A DNA stretch of 63,790 bases, the filler included, from Reticulomyxa filosa (Eukaryota > Protista > Foraminifera), in assembly GCA_000512085.1 (NCBI GenBank). It is 15 parts of 15 records of this genome, joined end to end, with 100 filler letters (N's around TTAATTAATTAA, not from the genome) between each part and the next. Parts side by side here need not be neighbours in the genome. Positions count along the whole stretch, not along the records: positions 62,146 to 63,790 come from ASPP01013351.1; 14 more parts are not named here. One strand, given 5' to 3'. Every line of letters begins with the position of its first letter. Position 1 is the first letter of the stretch. The position numbers and the translations under genes were made by a program. The notes under the pieces are model-generated. The model was not told the origin of the DNA and searched no databases. It saw nothing but the letters and a program-made list of their open reading frames with translations. Below are positions 63,057 to 63,790 of this stretch, one piece after another.

Positions 63057-63770
63057 TTAAGCACTTTGATATTCACTTCGTTCTTAAAGAATGAAACATA
63101 AGCAGTCAATGCATCTCTGACCAGAGTGACAAAATCTGCCAGCATTCCTCTGGGAAAGCTCTTGATGCTGTTCAACGTCTGTTCATTGTCAAAGTTTGGC
63201 TCGTAATGTTCAAAATTGTAGATGCAAGCAAATATTAATAGATATATTATATATATATACATATACATATACATATATATGTATGTATATGTATATAATA
63301 TATTTATTAATCATTTGCTTATGAGTTACACAGTGGAGAGGGAAAAAAATAAAATGGAATGATAGAATAACAGTGAATGCTTCCAAGGCATATAAAAAGC
63401 CGTGTCTGTCGTAAGAATAAATGCCGCCGACTAAACATGCAAAGCAGGCAGCCAATAGCTTGTCTTCTTCGCGACCGCTCTCGGCATACTTTGCAAACCT
63501 TCGGATTACACCTTTGTAGTCTCGTTTGTAAACAATGACTGTCTCCCCCATGTCCAAGTCGGGCGTCCTTCCAATTGGTGTGCGTGAGATCTGATGGTAG
63601 CCCGCGGGCACTTTTTCCTTCTTCAAATGCACTACGCCCATCGTCAAAATAGGCGGGCCTTCTCCGCGATGAATGCAAAGAAACAGCGCCGGTGCTTTCG
63701 TTCGCGCGCACAAATTGGCGTCTTTTGCACCCGGAGTGCGACGCACCATTTCAAATCCCAACGGCGGCTA
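63057..63770 (-). CDS. Internal exons of a MABP (MVB12-associated beta-prism) domain protein
   Basis: GFEMVRRTPGAKDANL...LFLCIHRGEGPPILTMGVV...EKVPAGYHQISRTPIGRTPDL...IVYKR is the repeated P.GY..I..TP.G..ADL MABP pattern, followed by helical exons. Confidence 0.75.
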
Positions 63771-63790
63771 TTTTTGATGTTTGTTTATAT

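Overview
This window is not one locus. It is 15 contigs joined by 14 identical artificial 100-bp linkers (44 N + TTAATTAATTAA + 44 N, stops in all six frames), so adjacency across linkers means nothing. Fourteen contigs are AT-rich, intron-containing eukaryotic DNA with poly-A/T and (TA)n introns. They carry a kelch gene, a NACHT-HEAT gene and decayed paralogues that fit the foraminiferan Reticulomyxa filosa or a relative (inferred from family recognition, not checked by search). Recognisable genes are PPIL4 (cyclophilin-RRM), a full-length rotatin (RTTN) centriole protein, PAM18/TIM14, a divergent kinesin N-terminus, a NACHT-HEAT-ankyrin protein, a kelch protein, a secreted beta-helix protein, two SPRY-like proteins, a bacterial-type FlaR-like kinase, a GH38 alpha-mannosidase, a G-alpha C-terminus, a membrane-anchored triple PHF5-like zinc-finger protein and a MABP-domain protein. 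One 1-kb contig (43026-44074) is GC-rich bacterial DNA with a TRAP DctP gene and a REP-like inverted repeat. TA-flanked MITE-like elements are present. I found no convincing multi-gene novel system. The best leads are rotatin, the TM-PHF5-like protein, the NLR-like protein and the bacterial associate. Internal exon boundaries were only partly resolved by eye.
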